Shown here: piece after piece, positions 13,501 to 26,206 of the stretch
How positions within the stretch are numbered: position 1 is the first letter of the stretch
Layout: the number at the start of each line of letters is the position of its first letter
Source: Pseudogymnoascus verrucosus
Taxonomy: Eukaryota
DNA: 64,000 nucleotides
Assembly: GCA_001662655.1 (NCBI GenBank)
Contig: KV460265.1
Strand: one strand, 5' to 3'
Translations under genes and position numbers: made by a program
The notes under the pieces: model-generated
Databases searched by the model: none
Seen by the model: only the letters and a program-made list of their open reading frames with translations
What the model was told of the DNA's origin: nothing

Positions 13501-16500
13501 TCAACGAGCCTTACGCGACTGTGGAGAGGATTCTCGAGTCTTACCCTGAGGCTGAGACTCAGCTTATCAACGCACAGGATGTTCAGTTCTTCCTCCTCCT
13601 TTGCCAACGCCGTGGCCAGAAGCCAACTACCTTCGTCCCTGTTCTCGACGAAAACTTCGAGTTCTTCTTCAAGAAGGATTCGCTGTGGCAGTCTGAGGAT
13701 CTTGAGGCCGTCATTGGCCAGGATGTTGGCAGGACTTGTATCTTGCAGGGCCCAACTGCCGTGAAGTACTCCAAGATTGTCGATGAGCCCATCAAGGATA
13801 TTCTTGATGGCGTCCACAACGCTCACATCGAGGGCTTGACTAAGGACATCTACAACGGTGATGAGTCTGCCATTCCGGTCACCGAGTACTTTGGCGGCAA
13901 GCTCGTCGAGTCTGATGCCGAGGCTGAGTTCGAGGGTTTGATTGTCAACCAGGATGCTGAGAAGACCACTTACCGCCTGTCTTCGTCCCCATCGGCTACC
14001 CTGCCGTCATTGGATGCTTGGCTCACCCTCCTCGCTGGCTCCAAGCGTTCGTGGAGACATGCTCTTTTCACCTCTGAGATCTTTGTCCAGGGGCAAAAGT
14101 TCCAGACCAACCCTATGAAGCGTATTCTCACGCCAGTCCGTGGATTGTTCGTCGAGGTCCAATACCCGAACGACCCATCCAAGACCGTCATCACCGTCAA
14201 GGAGCAGCCAAGACCCAACCACTACGTCCAGGTCATCGAGGTCAAGCTCGAGGGAAGCAACAAGATTGCCGTCAACATCACCAAGGACACCACCGCTCTC
14301 GGAGAGCCAGTTGACCTTGAGTTGAAGTTCAGGTACCACCCTGAGGCCGGCTATGCTCCAATCCACGAGGTTATGGAGGACCGCAACGACCGCATCAAGG
14401 AGTTCTACTGGAAGGCGTGGTTCGGTACCGAGAAGCTCGACTTGGACGCATCTGTTACCGGCGAGTTCGATGGTGGAAGCGCCACTGTTACCGGTGAGGC
14501 TATCAATGACTTCGTCCACGCCGTTGGCAACAAGGGTGAGGCTTTCGTGTCGAGACCCGGCAAGGAGGTGTATGCCCCCATGGACTTCGCCATCGTCGTC
14601 GGCTGGAAGGCTATTACCAAGCCCATCTTCCCACGCACGATCGATGGTGACCTGCTCAAGCTCGTCCATCTCTCCAACGGTTTCCGCATGCTTCCTGGTG
14701 CGGACCCATTGAAGGAGGGTGATGAGGTTGCCACCACTGCACAGATCAATGCTGTTATCAACCAGGATTCCGGCAAGATGGTTGAGGTTATGGGCACGAT
14801 TACCCGTGAGGGCAAGCCTGTTATGGAGGTTACTTCGCAGTTCCTGTACCGCGGTGCCTACACCGATTTCGAGAACACCTTCCAGCGCAAGACTGAGGTG
14901 CCTATGCAGTTGCACTTGGAGTCTAGCAAGGATGTTGCCGTGCTGCGCTCCAAGGAGTGGTTCAACGTTGAGGAGACCGATATTGATCTCCTCGGCCAGA
15001 CTCTGATTTTCCGTCTCCAGAGTTACTACCGCTTCAAGAACAAGACTGTCTTCAGCAGCGTCGAGACCAGGGGACAAGTTCTCCTCGAGCTCCCAACTAA
15101 GGAGATCATCCAGATCGCCACTGTTGACTACGAGGCTGGTGTCTCCCACGGTAACCCAGTCATCGACTACCTCCAGCGCCACGGCTCCTCCATCGAGCAG
15201 CCCATCAACTTCGAGAATGCCATCCCGCTCAACGGTAAGGCGCCTCTGCAGCTCAGGGCCCCTGCATCGAACGAGACCTACGCTCGTGTCTCCGGTGACT
15301 TCAACCCCATCCACGTTTCTCGCGTGTTTGCCAGCTACGCCAACCTGCCCGGTACCATCACCCACGGCATGTACTCCAGTGCTGCCGTGCGCAGTCTCGT
15401 TGAGACCTGGGCCGCTGAGAACCACATCGGTCGCGTGCGGAGCTTCCACGCTTCGCTGGTCGGCATGGTTCTGCCTAACGATGATATTGAGGTCAGACTG
15501 CAGCATGTTGGCATGGTTGCTGGTCGCAAGATTATCAAGGTTGAGGCGAGCAACAAGGCTACTGAGGAGAAGGTTCTCCTTGGTGAGGCGGAGGTGGAGC
15601 AGCCTGTCTCGTCGTATGTCTTTACTGGACAGGGATCGCAGGAGCAGGGTATGGGTATGGAGCTTTATGCTAGCAGCCCTGTTGCGAAGGAGGTTTGGGA
15701 TCGGGCTGATAAGCATTTCATGGATACTTATGGTGAGTTTTCTTTTCCTTCGATTTGGTGGGTTTATGCAGTTTAACTAACACTTCCCAGGCTTCGCTAT
15801 CACCAACATCGTCAAGAACAACCCCAAGGAGCTAACCATCCACTTCGGTGGCCCCCGCGGAAAAGCCATCCGCCAAAACTACATGGCCATGACCTTCGAG
15901 ACCGTCGCCTCAGACGGCACCACCAAGTCGGAGAAGATCTTCAAAGAAGTCGACGAGAACACCACCTCGTACACCTACCGCTCCCCCACCGGCCTCCTCT
16001 CCGCCACCCAATTCACCCAGCCCGCCCTGACCCTGATGGAAAAAGCCAGCTTCGAAGACATGCTCTCCAAGGGCCTCGTCCAGCGCGACAGCAGCTTCGC
16101 GGGTCACTCCCTCGGCGAGTACTCCGCCCTCGCTGCCCTCGCAGACGTCATGCCCATCGAGTCTTTGGTTTCTGTCGTCTTCTACAGAGGTCTCACCATG
16201 CAAGTCGCCGTCGAGCGCGACGCCACGGGCCGCTCGAATTATTCCATGTGCGCCGTGAACCCCTCGCGCATCAGCAAGACCTTCAACGAGCAGGCGCTGC
16301 AATACGTCGTTGAGAATATCGCCGAGGAGACAAAGTGGTTGTTGGAGATTGTGAACTACAATATCGCCAATATGCAGTACGTCTGCGCTGGCGACCTGCG
16401 CGCGCTCGATACTCTCACGGGTGTGACGAATTACCTCAAGGCGCAGAAGATCGATATCCAAGCCCTGATGGAAACTCTCAGCATCGAGGACGTGAAAGCG

Positions 16501-16923
16501 CACCTGGTTGAAATCATCCGCGAATGCGCGCGCCAGACCGAGACAAAGCCCAAGCCGCTCGACCTCCAACGTGGATTCGCAACCATCCCGCTCAAGGGCA
16601 TCGACGTACCCTTCCACTCCACCTTCCTCCGCTCAGGTGTCAAGCCGTTCCGTTCCTTCCTGCTGAAGAAAATCAATAAGACGACGATTGATCCGAGTAA
16701 GCTGATTGGGAAGTATATCCCCAATGTCACGGCGAGGCCGTTTGAGATCACGAAGGAGTACTTTGAGGATGTGTATCGTCTGACCAATAGTCCGAAGATT
16801 AAGGATGTGCTTGCGAATTGGGAGAGTTATCAGGATGGGTCAAGCGGGAGGGAGGGGAGTGAGAGTAGCTTTGAGCATGTGCAGGTTGAGCAGGCGGAGG
16901 GGACGGAGACGGATGCTTCGTAG
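10542..16923 (+). CDS. FAS1: Fatty acid synthase subunit beta (AT-ER-DH-MPT); exons 10542-15732 and 15791-16923
   Basis: FGGQG, GHSQG (AT), GGRGGGHHS (ER), SGDFNPIH and ITHGM (DH), FTGQGSQ and AGHSLGE (MPT); intron 15733-15790 GTGAGT..CAG. Confidence 0.97.
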
Positions 16924-17192
16924 GTGTGTGGGTGGGGGGATTAGATAGATGAGTTTTTGGGAGAGAGGAGGAGGGGGAACTTTTTTTATATATCTGTAGA
17001 GAAGCGCGCTGTTGTCTTTTTTAATGTAGAAAGGGATGAATTAAAATAAATGGTTTAAGAATAATTTCCGGTTTTTTATTTATTTATGATACAACATATT
17101 TGAATTTCGACACATGAATTTTAACACGACTATATGACACTCACAACACTAGACCTTAGACCCCCAAGCAATCCCTTAGATAGAAGACACGT

Positions 17193-19786
17193 CAGTGTTC
17201 GGCAGATCGTGATCCGGATCTGATCCGTAGCCCTCACGGGTCAGATCATGATCCGTCTAATATCTAACGGATAGATCCGGATCAGATCCGGATCTCTTAA
17301 AAAATGAGGCTTAAAAAGTGAGGCTTAAAATAGAATAGTATAATAATAGATCTAATTACTCCTCCCTTTCGTCATCAGCATCTTCGGCTTCGCTCTCGTC
17401 GGTATCTACTATATGACCCCAGTCTCGTAAGCAGAGTAAATATCGTAGTGTTTCAGGAGAGAGCCTATTCCTCTTCTTCGTTAGAATATCAGCTCCATTA
17501 CTAAAGACCTGCTCTGACGGCGCTAATGTTGCGGGAATTGCCAAGTGATCTCGAGCAATTGCAGTAATAATTAGATACTGATACTGTTTTGCCGCCTAAT
17601 ATTTAAGAATATCTGTTGCTAGACCTAGCTAGGGCTTAACAAGCTAGCGCTTCCATTCTAGTTCTTGGTAGATACTATAAGAAATATATAAATCGTCGTT
17701 AGAGTTAGGTTCTATAGGTAATTGCGGTAAATTGGCTTCAGCATCCCTCTACTCTTCTTCGAGGAAGTATTAGCAGTCTCTATACTGAATAAAAACGTCA
17801 TGGAACTGCTGCTTTACTCTATTCCGTTTAACTTCTTTAGTATTACTTAGCTAAAGACTGTTGAATACGTTGAGATTCATGCGCGGATTACAAATTGTAG
17901 CTACCCCTAAATGACTCTATTGATGATTTGTAGCAAGCGTATAATACTCATTAAGCTTCTTAGAAGCAGCGATACAAGCTAGACTAATTGTTGATGATAT
18001 ACTAACCTCATTCTATAGAGCCTCGAGCTTCTTTATTATCTTTAGATACTGAGGAATTGCAAAGTTAAGCGTTAGGTATACACTTGCTTGAAGCTTCTGC
18101 GACGGCTTGACGAATATATAGAAGAAATTCTAAAGAGCGTAAAGTGTTATCTAATCCTCTAGTGTAAGAGCAATATTTCTTATACTTAGATCCATTTGCT
18201 AAGTAGCACAGATTGCTGTAATCGGGGTCTGTAGCTTAATGACAGCTGAAACCATTTCGTACGTTAAGTTCTACCGGACTAGCATATTAAGTGATAATTG
18301 TAGCTTCTTTAGACCAGCAGCAATAGTCTGCTTTTAAAGAGCATCTTTCCATTGCCTTCGATTCCTAAATACGTAGATATGCCTTCGTAGCTTACTAAGG
18401 GTATTCTTAACTTCGATATTGCTTTCGGACGAGCTTGTTAGAATCCGCGCAGCTCCTTGCTCACACCGATAACTTTCAGCTTGCTTAGCAGGAGCAGCTT
18501 TCAAAGTCTTAAGAGCATCTTAAACAGCGATATTAATAATATGGGCTATACATCGTACGTCTCCTTCCTTAACTCTAAACGTCTATAGCTGTTGTGTCGT
18601 CACTTCCTAGTCTTTAGCTATTTTCTCATATTCCGCAAGCATAACAGTATTAGCTAAAGCGTTGTCTCTTGTATAGGTAAAGACAGCTCCTATAATACCT
18701 ATATCATCTGTTACGAGTACTAATTGTTAAGCTAGATATTCGCTGCTGTAGATAGGCTCTTAAAGATGTATAACGTCGAGTACTTTAGACTTCTGTTGCC
18801 ATTTATCGTTGATCTAGTGTACTGTAATAGCAGCGTAGTCTATATAATTCCGTGCAGACCATGCATCCGTTGTTATTGATATCCAGCCTCCTCTCCTAAT
18901 ATGAGAATTAAGCTCGAGTTGTAGCTAGCCTCAGTGGTATGAGAACTGACGCTAAAGTTCTCGGTGTAGCGTACGAGCTAATATTGATATAGTTGTTAGG
19001 CTTAAGAATTGAACTAATTCACGGAATGAATGGCTCTTAACAAGGCGTATCGATAGATTATTTAACATAATGAACTGTAGTAATAACTCCTTATATTTCG
19101 AAGGATTACTAGACTGCTTTGATATAGCTAATAGGCGTAGGCTAAAGAACAATGATGTACTGCTTAACGTACTAGACGACTGTCTATTCTCATTTTTAAG
19201 GGCGTATAATACTGCTGGATGCTTCAAAGAGTAATGCCTCTATAAATTACCTGTCGACGACTGCTTTAGCCCTTGTGGCGCTATTGAAAATCCGCAGTCT
19301 AGCTATAGGCATACCATCTTTATGGTTGGCGGCCGAGTATTAAGCAGTTCCCGACGATATAAGCCCTTTGTGAATAGCTTCGAAGTCGTTGGTAGTAATA
19401 TAACCCTTGGACCTTGAAGTATATTACTCAGTGATCTATTGACTACTTCGACTGATGGCAGAATAGGGGTAGATTGAGGTATAAGATGTGGTAACGACAG
19501 CTCTTCTATTTAAGAATAGCTCTCATGATCTAACGGCAAATCTAATAACTTAGAGTCGCTCATTATTACAGGCGGTAATCGTTACAATATAGTAATTAGA
19601 CTGCTATTATAGATTCAATTATACTACGTCTACTGTGGCCTTGGCATCCTTGGCATCCTTGGCAATATCCGTATGATCCGGATCATGATCCGGATCTCAC
19701 GGATATGCCAAAATTATGACGGATAGGATAGATCCGGATCATGATCCGGATCGGGTCGGGTCATCTACGATCTGTGCCGAACACTG
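17193..19786 (-). mobile_element. hAT-superfamily DNA transposon, full length (2594 bp), inactivated
   Basis: Terminal inverted repeats CAGTGTTCGGCA / TGCCGAACACTG; 8-bp target-site duplication AGACACGT (17185-17192 and 19787-19794); many subterminal GATCCG/CGGATC repeats at both ends. Confidence 0.95.
17356..19563 (-). pseudogene. hAT transposase, broken by many TAG/TAA stops
   Basis: Motifs read through the stops: WISITTDAWS, TRDNA, DVRCIAHIIN (CxxH) and the C-terminal dimerization motif ARDHLAIPATLAPSEQVFS...KRNRLSPET. The start position is approximate. Confidence 0.88.
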
Positions 19787-19795
19787 AGACACGTA

Positions 19796-20657
19796 CTAAC
19801 TCTCAAACTTCGTGTATCCCACGCCTTTAACGAACGTCTGCAGCCACTCCCCCTGGGTCTTTCCCCCCGCCAGCTTCAAATAGAGTTCTGCGTGCGCGTC
19901 GCCATTAACTCTGTATATGGGCGTCCCATCTGCTTTTCGTTCATCGGCGTAGTAAAACCTATCCAACCAACATTAGCCTTTCATCTTCCCACTACACTGA
20001 CTAAAATTAAAAATTAAAGAGTAGGGGGAAATAAATAGAAATAGAATAGAAATAGAAACAGAAACAAACTCACTTGAAACCACGCTCTTTATATGCGGCT
20101 GAAGCAGCCCAGATCATATGTGCACCAGCCGACTTCCCCATCCCCTGGGAGAGAAAGCCGGGGAGGATGGAGACGTTCAGGATATTCCCCGTATAGATGA
20201 ACGTCCGCGCCGCAGAAGCTGGGAGCTGGGAGAAACAGGCTGCTGCTTGTTGGGCGGCGATGAAGGCGCTGGTTACATTGATTGTGAGGTCTTTGGTGAG
20301 ATCTGCTAGGGGGAGGGCGAAGGGGTCTTGAGCGGGGGTGAATGTTGAGGCGCTGACTGGGAGTTGTTAGTAGGGATCCATTCAGACGCATTCTTAACCA
20401 TTAGGGGGCTTACCGTTATAAACCACCACGCTGGGAATACCAAACACCTTCTTAACCTTTGTAAATGCATCGATGACATCGGAGGTGGAGGAGAAGTCGC
20501 AGGGGATATGTAGGTGATTATCCGTGCTGTCTACTTCTTTTTGGGAACGAGATGCGAGAGCGACTTTGTAGCCTTTTGATGCGAAGATGCGGGCGACGGA
20601 TTGCCCGATGTTAGGGCCGGCGCCGAGGATTAGGAGGATGGGGGATGTGGTGGGCAT
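19796..20657 (-). CDS. Short-chain dehydrogenase/reductase-like protein, 3 exons
   Basis: LILGAGPNIG Rossmann motif, VVVYN, TFIYTGN, GMGKSAGAH, FYYADERKADG. Two canonical introns give one open frame ending KFES-stop. Confidence 0.85.
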
Positions 20658-21234
20658 GATGATGGGTGTATGGGGGACTTAGGGGTATACTGGGTGGAGG
20701 GGGGAAAATAAGGCGTATGTGATGTTGAGGGAGGAGTAGTTGCTTGATATATAGTATATTTATTGAACTGGCTAAGCTAAAAAGTTTGGTTGTTGATGAG
20801 GGCTTGTTAAGAAATTTGGCGGCGGCGGTGATAAGTGGCGATTTTATAATCATGATAAACCTCCGCCGGGACGGAGTTATCAACGGCCTCATTGACAGAA
20901 CAATTTTTATTTCTTGACCTGCTGTAAATTGATGATTTGTAATGGTATATGTTCGCAATTGTATGTTAAAATAATAATTGGATAGTAAAATGTCACTTCG
21001 ACCGCCAATGGCCGGATGAATAATCGTACGTATAAGGCCGTTTGGTCGGCCGGTTGATCGTTGATATAGAGTTTATCAGGTAATATGCTGCTCGTCGCTC
21101 CTATATAAGAAGGCGGTGTCCCTACTCTGGAAATATAATCATTATCTCTTACATCAGACTAAATTACAACCTATCTACATTACTTCAACTCAATAACAAC
21201 CTATTTACTTCATCTCCAACAAACCATACCCAAC

Positions 21235-21969
21235 ATGTCCCGCCTCACCGGAAAAACCGCCGTCATCACCGGCGGCGCCACAGGCATCGGCCTCGCCTCA
21301 GCAAAGCGCTTCATCTCCGAAGGCGCCTTCGTCTTCATCTTCGGCCGGCGCCAGGACCAACTCGACGCGGCTCTGGCCACCCTCGGCCCCAACGCCCGCG
21401 CCATCCAAGGCTCCATCTCCTCCCTCTCCGACCTCGACCGCCTCTACGCCGCCGTAAAATCCGAGCGCGGAACCCTCGACATCGTCTTCGCCAACGCCGG
21501 CGTCGGGAGCCAACTCAAGCTCGGCTCCATCACCGTTGAGCACATTGACGAAATCCTCGATGTCAACGTGAAGGGCACAATCTTCACCGTCCAGAAAGCC
21601 CTCCCCCTCATGGGTCCAGGCGGCTCAATCATCCTCACCGGCTCCAGCGCCGGCACCACTGGTGCCCCGGCATTCAGTCTCTACGGGGCCAGCAAGGCGG
21701 CCGTGCGCAACCTGGCGCTGACGTGGGGGGAGGATCTGAAGGGGACGGGGATTAGGGTTAATGTGCTGTCGCCTGCTTGTACGGCGACTGAGTTGGCGAA
21801 GGCGGCGTTGGGGGAGGAGGGGATGAAGGTGTTTGCGGAGTTGAATTTGTTGAAGCGGATGGCGGATCCGGAGGAGGTGGGGGCGGTGGCGGCGTTTTTG
21901 GCGTCGGGGGATAGTAGTTTTATGACTGCTAGTGAGGTTGCTGTTGATGGGGGGCTGGCGCAGATCTGA
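21235..21969 (+). CDS. Classical SDR (3-oxoacyl-ACP reductase/glucose dehydrogenase-like), intronless, bacterial-like
   Basis: TGGATGIG, FANAG, YGASK (YxxxK), IRVNVLSP and VDGG motifs; TATATAAG at about 21102. Confidence 0.93.
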   Translation: MSRLTGKTAVITGGATGIGLASAKRFISEGAFVFIFGRRQDQLDAALATLGPNARAIQGSISSLSDLDRLYAAVKSERGTLDIVFANAGVGSQLKLGSITVEHIDEILDVNVKGTIFTVQKALPLMGPGGSIILTGSSAGTTGAPAFSLYGASKAAVRNLALTWGEDLKGTGIRVNVLSPACTATELAKAALGEEGMKVFAELNLLKRMADPEEVGAVAAFLASGDSSFMTASEVAVDGGLAQI

Positions 21970-22543
21970 TGCGCTGTGCGCGGCTGGTCAGAAGGCTTGG
22001 TTGGGGGGCCATGATGCTGGGGAACCTTGTCTGGTCGTTGCCTTTCTACCAATTCGCGTGAGAAATGGTACCTTCCTTTAGTTTTTTTGATTTATTAAAT
22101 AAACTTCACCCATGTCGATCTCCGAAAGAAAGACCAGATTGTTAGGTTCCTAGCATATCATCTGTGTGCTCTGCCACATGGCTTCGATGTGATTCCGTGG
22201 CTAGCCACACCTCGCTACCCCGCTACCCCGCCGTTCACCCCGTCGTTCATTGCCAGCTTCCAAGATATACCCCAACATCAAGTATGCCGCTGATGAATTC
22301 GGTTGTGGCAATAGGTACAGTCCAGTCGGGGAGCGTACCGAGACCCGCGGAAGTATCGGTTGTGTTGGAGGCAGTTCGGCAGTGCCGTGAAAGCGGGAAT
22401 GGGTGCCGCCATAGCTAAATTTGGTTTGATTTCGGCAAAGGTCATTATAAGTAAAGCTATGGCACGTAACTTTCCCATAAACTATACCCATCGCCCACAT
22501 TTACAATAATCACTTACAAAGTTATAACTTTTGAACCTAAATT

Positions 22544-23015
22544 ATGTCTACCGAATCTTCAGCACCATCTGATGCGATGAAGTTGGGGATTGAGATGAGG
22601 AGGAAAGTCCTAGGGGAGGCTTTACTCTCAAAGCTGAAGCCAGCCGGCGAGGTAAGTGCCATGCAATTAACACGCAACTTTTTACCACGGCATTTCTAAC
22701 CAAAAACAGCCAGACATTTTCACCAAGACAAGCTCAGAATTCATAACAGAAGTCTGCTTTGCGTCATATGCCCGCCCCGGTCTCGAGCTCAAGCAAAGGT
22801 CGCTATTGAACATTGGTATCTTAACGGCACTTGGTCGAGGCCCGGAGTTGACGATTCACGTCCAGGCTGCGCTCAATGTTGACCTGACTGAAGAGGAGAT
22901 CTGCGAGGCAATTAGGCACACGATGATTTATACTGGTGTGCCTGCAGGCCGGGACGCGTTTTTGATTGCCAGCGCTGTTATTGCGGAATTGAAGGCAAGC
23001 GGAGAGCGTAAATAA
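22544..23015 (+). CDS. Carboxymuconolactone decarboxylase (CMD/AhpD-like, PcaC-like) family protein; intron 22652-22709
   Basis: Spliced product has GIEMRRKVLG...ARPGLELKQRSLLNIGILTALGRGPELTIHVQAALN..LTEEEI.EAI.H..IYTGVPAG, the PcaC-family pattern. Confidence 0.85.
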
Positions 23016-23492
23016 TTACATTTATAGACAAGGTCCATGGCTAAGACTCTGCGATTAAAGACCCTTCTCACATAGGACGTACAACGAGATAATGCATTAT
23101 TTTTATAAAGTTTTCTTGCAAGTGGATTTAAAATTGGAGAGACCGTTTTAACTTCAACGCTTTGTGAGCCTAATTGATTGTAAAGTTAATTAAAACCATA
23201 GGCTTCCTAGCACTTGCAGAACTCGTCAACACTAGATAACTTGGCGTTGGTCACTTTACATGGAACCGTTTACTTGTATCGAAAAGGAGTATCCATGCTT
23301 GCAGATCGACAAGATACAATGCGCATTACCAAAGTTGTGATTAAGAACTTTATTCCCGTCCGACTAGCCACCTCTTTCCTCAGTGTAATAAATCATAATA
23401 TCTATTCACTCACTATAGATACAGCAAACGGCCTTAGTAAAGAATAACTCTGAATATATCTGCTAACTAACTACACGCACTACATAATATTT

Positions 23493-25123
23493 TTAAACGG
23501 CATATCTAAAACCGACGAGACCCTGGATAACCTTCTGTCCCGCGTCGGCCCGCTTGTTTGCCCTGTGCAGCGTCAACATCAGAATTAAACTGATGGCAAC
23601 AATCAGGAAGTTTGCGATAAGGCAGGCGTAGATGCCAGGTCGATACAATGGGGCATCTTCTGTTCGAAAAACTGTTCCTCCAATAATCCCGCCTAATCCA
23701 CCAAAAGCCACAACAGCAGCAGAGCCAAAAGCCCTTTTCCACTGACCCCTGACGTTGTTTGACTGCCAAGTGACTATACCAGGAGTGTTGGAGTTTCCGG
23801 TACTTGCAATAAGGAAGACGCTAAAGTATCGTACGGCGGTGCCCTTAGCAAAGCCTAAGATGCAGAGACCTGGTAATATTATTAACCATGAGAGTGGCAC
23901 TGTAGATGGAGCTTTAACGTACCAATAATGCTCACGGTGGCATTTAAAAGAACAATAGGACCTCTAATGCGATATTTGTCGGAGATCCAGCCCAGCGTTA
24001 TCATTGTAATACCAGCAGCGACAAACGGAGGCGCAGTAAGACATTGTGCTTGGGCGATCGAGAAGCCCATGCTGTTTCGGAGGATGATGGGCAAGAAATA
24101 TGCCACAGCATAGTTGGTAGTTGTTGTAAGACCGAACAGAGAAGCGAATGCCCACAGCTTCAGATCTGCGGCGTTTTTCAAATACGCGCGCAGGTTAAAC
24201 TCTTCAGCAACAACATCCAGTCTGTCCTCCTCAATTCTTGCAACGAAGAATGCGACCTCCTTCTCGTTGAGAAATGTCATCCCGAAGGACTTCTTCGAAG
24301 CGTTTTCTGGGAAGTCGACAATGAAGAACAGAGAAATAAGGCCACAGACGACGGTGATTACGCCAAGCATGATAAAGATCCACCTCCAACCCGCAATGCC
24401 ACTCATACTCATAATGCCTGCCGGGGCATTTGGGTTGGCCTCAGTTGGACCAAAATGAGTGCCTAAACCAGCTCCAGATCCCAAGCCTTCCATTTGCGAC
24501 AGACCATATGCTAGGATACCCGTAAATGCACTTGCAATAGTTCCAATGAGGTAAAACAATGCGGTGCGCTTCTGCAGGTCGTACCGGGGATACCAGCATG
24601 AGAGAAGGTATACCGAACCAGGAAAAACACCAGCTTCTAGCGCTCCTAGCACGAGTCGGAGTGGTATCAATTCCCACCATTTTGTGGAAAATCCGAAGCC
24701 AATTACCACAGCACCCCATGAGACTGTGATAGCAGACAGAAAGTATCGAGGTCCAATAATCCGCATCAACACAGTCGCAACAGGCTGAAAAGCCACGTAA
24801 GTGATGAACATGACCAGGATGACTATTGAGTATTTTGTGCCATCCATGCCGAGATCTGCGTTCATTCCAGCAATTGCTGCAAATCCGAGATTATTGCGGT
24901 CCATTTGGCTGATGCAGTATATCAATCCTAGAACACAGGTTACCCGTAAGTCAACCCGGCGGATGACTTTGCGTTTTTCTGTCGGAGATAAGGCCACGAG
25001 AGCGGCATTTCTGGCACTTTCTACATCTGCTGTTGTTGGAGATTTAACGGCGTCTTCATCACCCGTGTGCATTGCCTTTTCACAGTCGCCATCGTCAGTA
25101 CTGCCATGTTGCTGGGTTTTCAT
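23493..25123 (-). CDS. MFS permease, DAL5/allantoate (anion:cation symporter) family; one intron at about 23870-23922
   Basis: RRVDLR..., DRNNLGFA, RLVLGALEAG, SCWYPRYDLQKR, GWRWIFI and a C-terminal GFRY motif; about 12 hydrophobic segments. Confidence 0.92.
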
Positions 25124-26206
25124 ATTTGAAGTCGCACGAAAGCAAGTGTTGATTGTTGATTGTTGATTGTTGAGGAGTCTTGAAGCCCGAAGAAAATGCT
25201 GTAGAGGTTGAGATATAATTATTTATATTTCATTGTTAGCCTTCTATATATGCATAATTATACTTTACCGAAGGATGTGAATGCTATGGGTATGTTGCCG
25301 AGATTATACATGTTTTGTACGAGACTATTCTGGTAAACCACCTGAAGATCTCGGGCCCATACCGAGTTGTAGGGAATGCTGGGATCAGTAATTATTGGAT
25401 CACGGCTGTCACTTGGTTCTTTATTGGCTACCAGGCCATTGCTTCCCCACACAAACCCCAGACTATTGCCTTTGCATGTACCCCGCATATCCCCGCAACC
25501 CCGGGTCTGCCGATAGTATACTGAAGTTTGTGAACCTATCGGCTCTAAATGTGGCAATCGTGATTTTCCCTCTGGGGTTAATTGCTCTATATTGTCAAAC
25601 CCCGGTATAATGCGCGGCATATGCAAGATCCAAAGAGGGTGTGCTCAGTTCTGAACTGAAGAGCTTCCGCTCCGCCGATATGCCAGCTTCGCACCAAACG
25701 GAGTTTACGCAGCAATAGCTGCCCTGGCTGAAGGCTTCACCTCTCCTGCAGAAATACGCGAATTAATTAGATAGCATAGATACATAATTACTCGTCTATT
25801 CTAGTTTGCCTGTATACTGTACTACCTGGTGACCCTTGCGCCGTTCCTGATATCACTAAAAATGTCATTTTCGCTGCCACTAGTATCGCCAGCCAGCCTA
25901 TGAATAAATTACTAGCCAGTGCAATCGCTAAACTTACATTTCAGGAGAGGGGTGTGTATAAAAGAACCTCATCTAAAATAGCACTTTAGTAAAAGCCTAA
26001 GTCAAATGCCGCAGGACGTAATTGCGGGTTTAGTGTCACTGAGGAAAATGCCAGCGATTCACCAGTCATTGGTTTGGGCAAAATAAATGAAAGAAGTCTA
26101 GGTATTTCATAATATTTATCATTCTATAGTAAAGCTATCGTGAGAAACACGGATTCTCAAAAACAGAAACAGATTATGCATTGCTTTACATAAACATCTG
26201 ACACAC

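Noticed and set aside
12336..15716. Long minus-strand ORFs (496 and 569 aa) opposite FAS1
   Set aside because: Same antisense-shadow artefact.
17205..17295. GATCCG/CGGATC palindromic cluster as an independent regulatory element
   Set aside because: Mirrored at 19670-19755; these are subterminal repeats of the hAT element.
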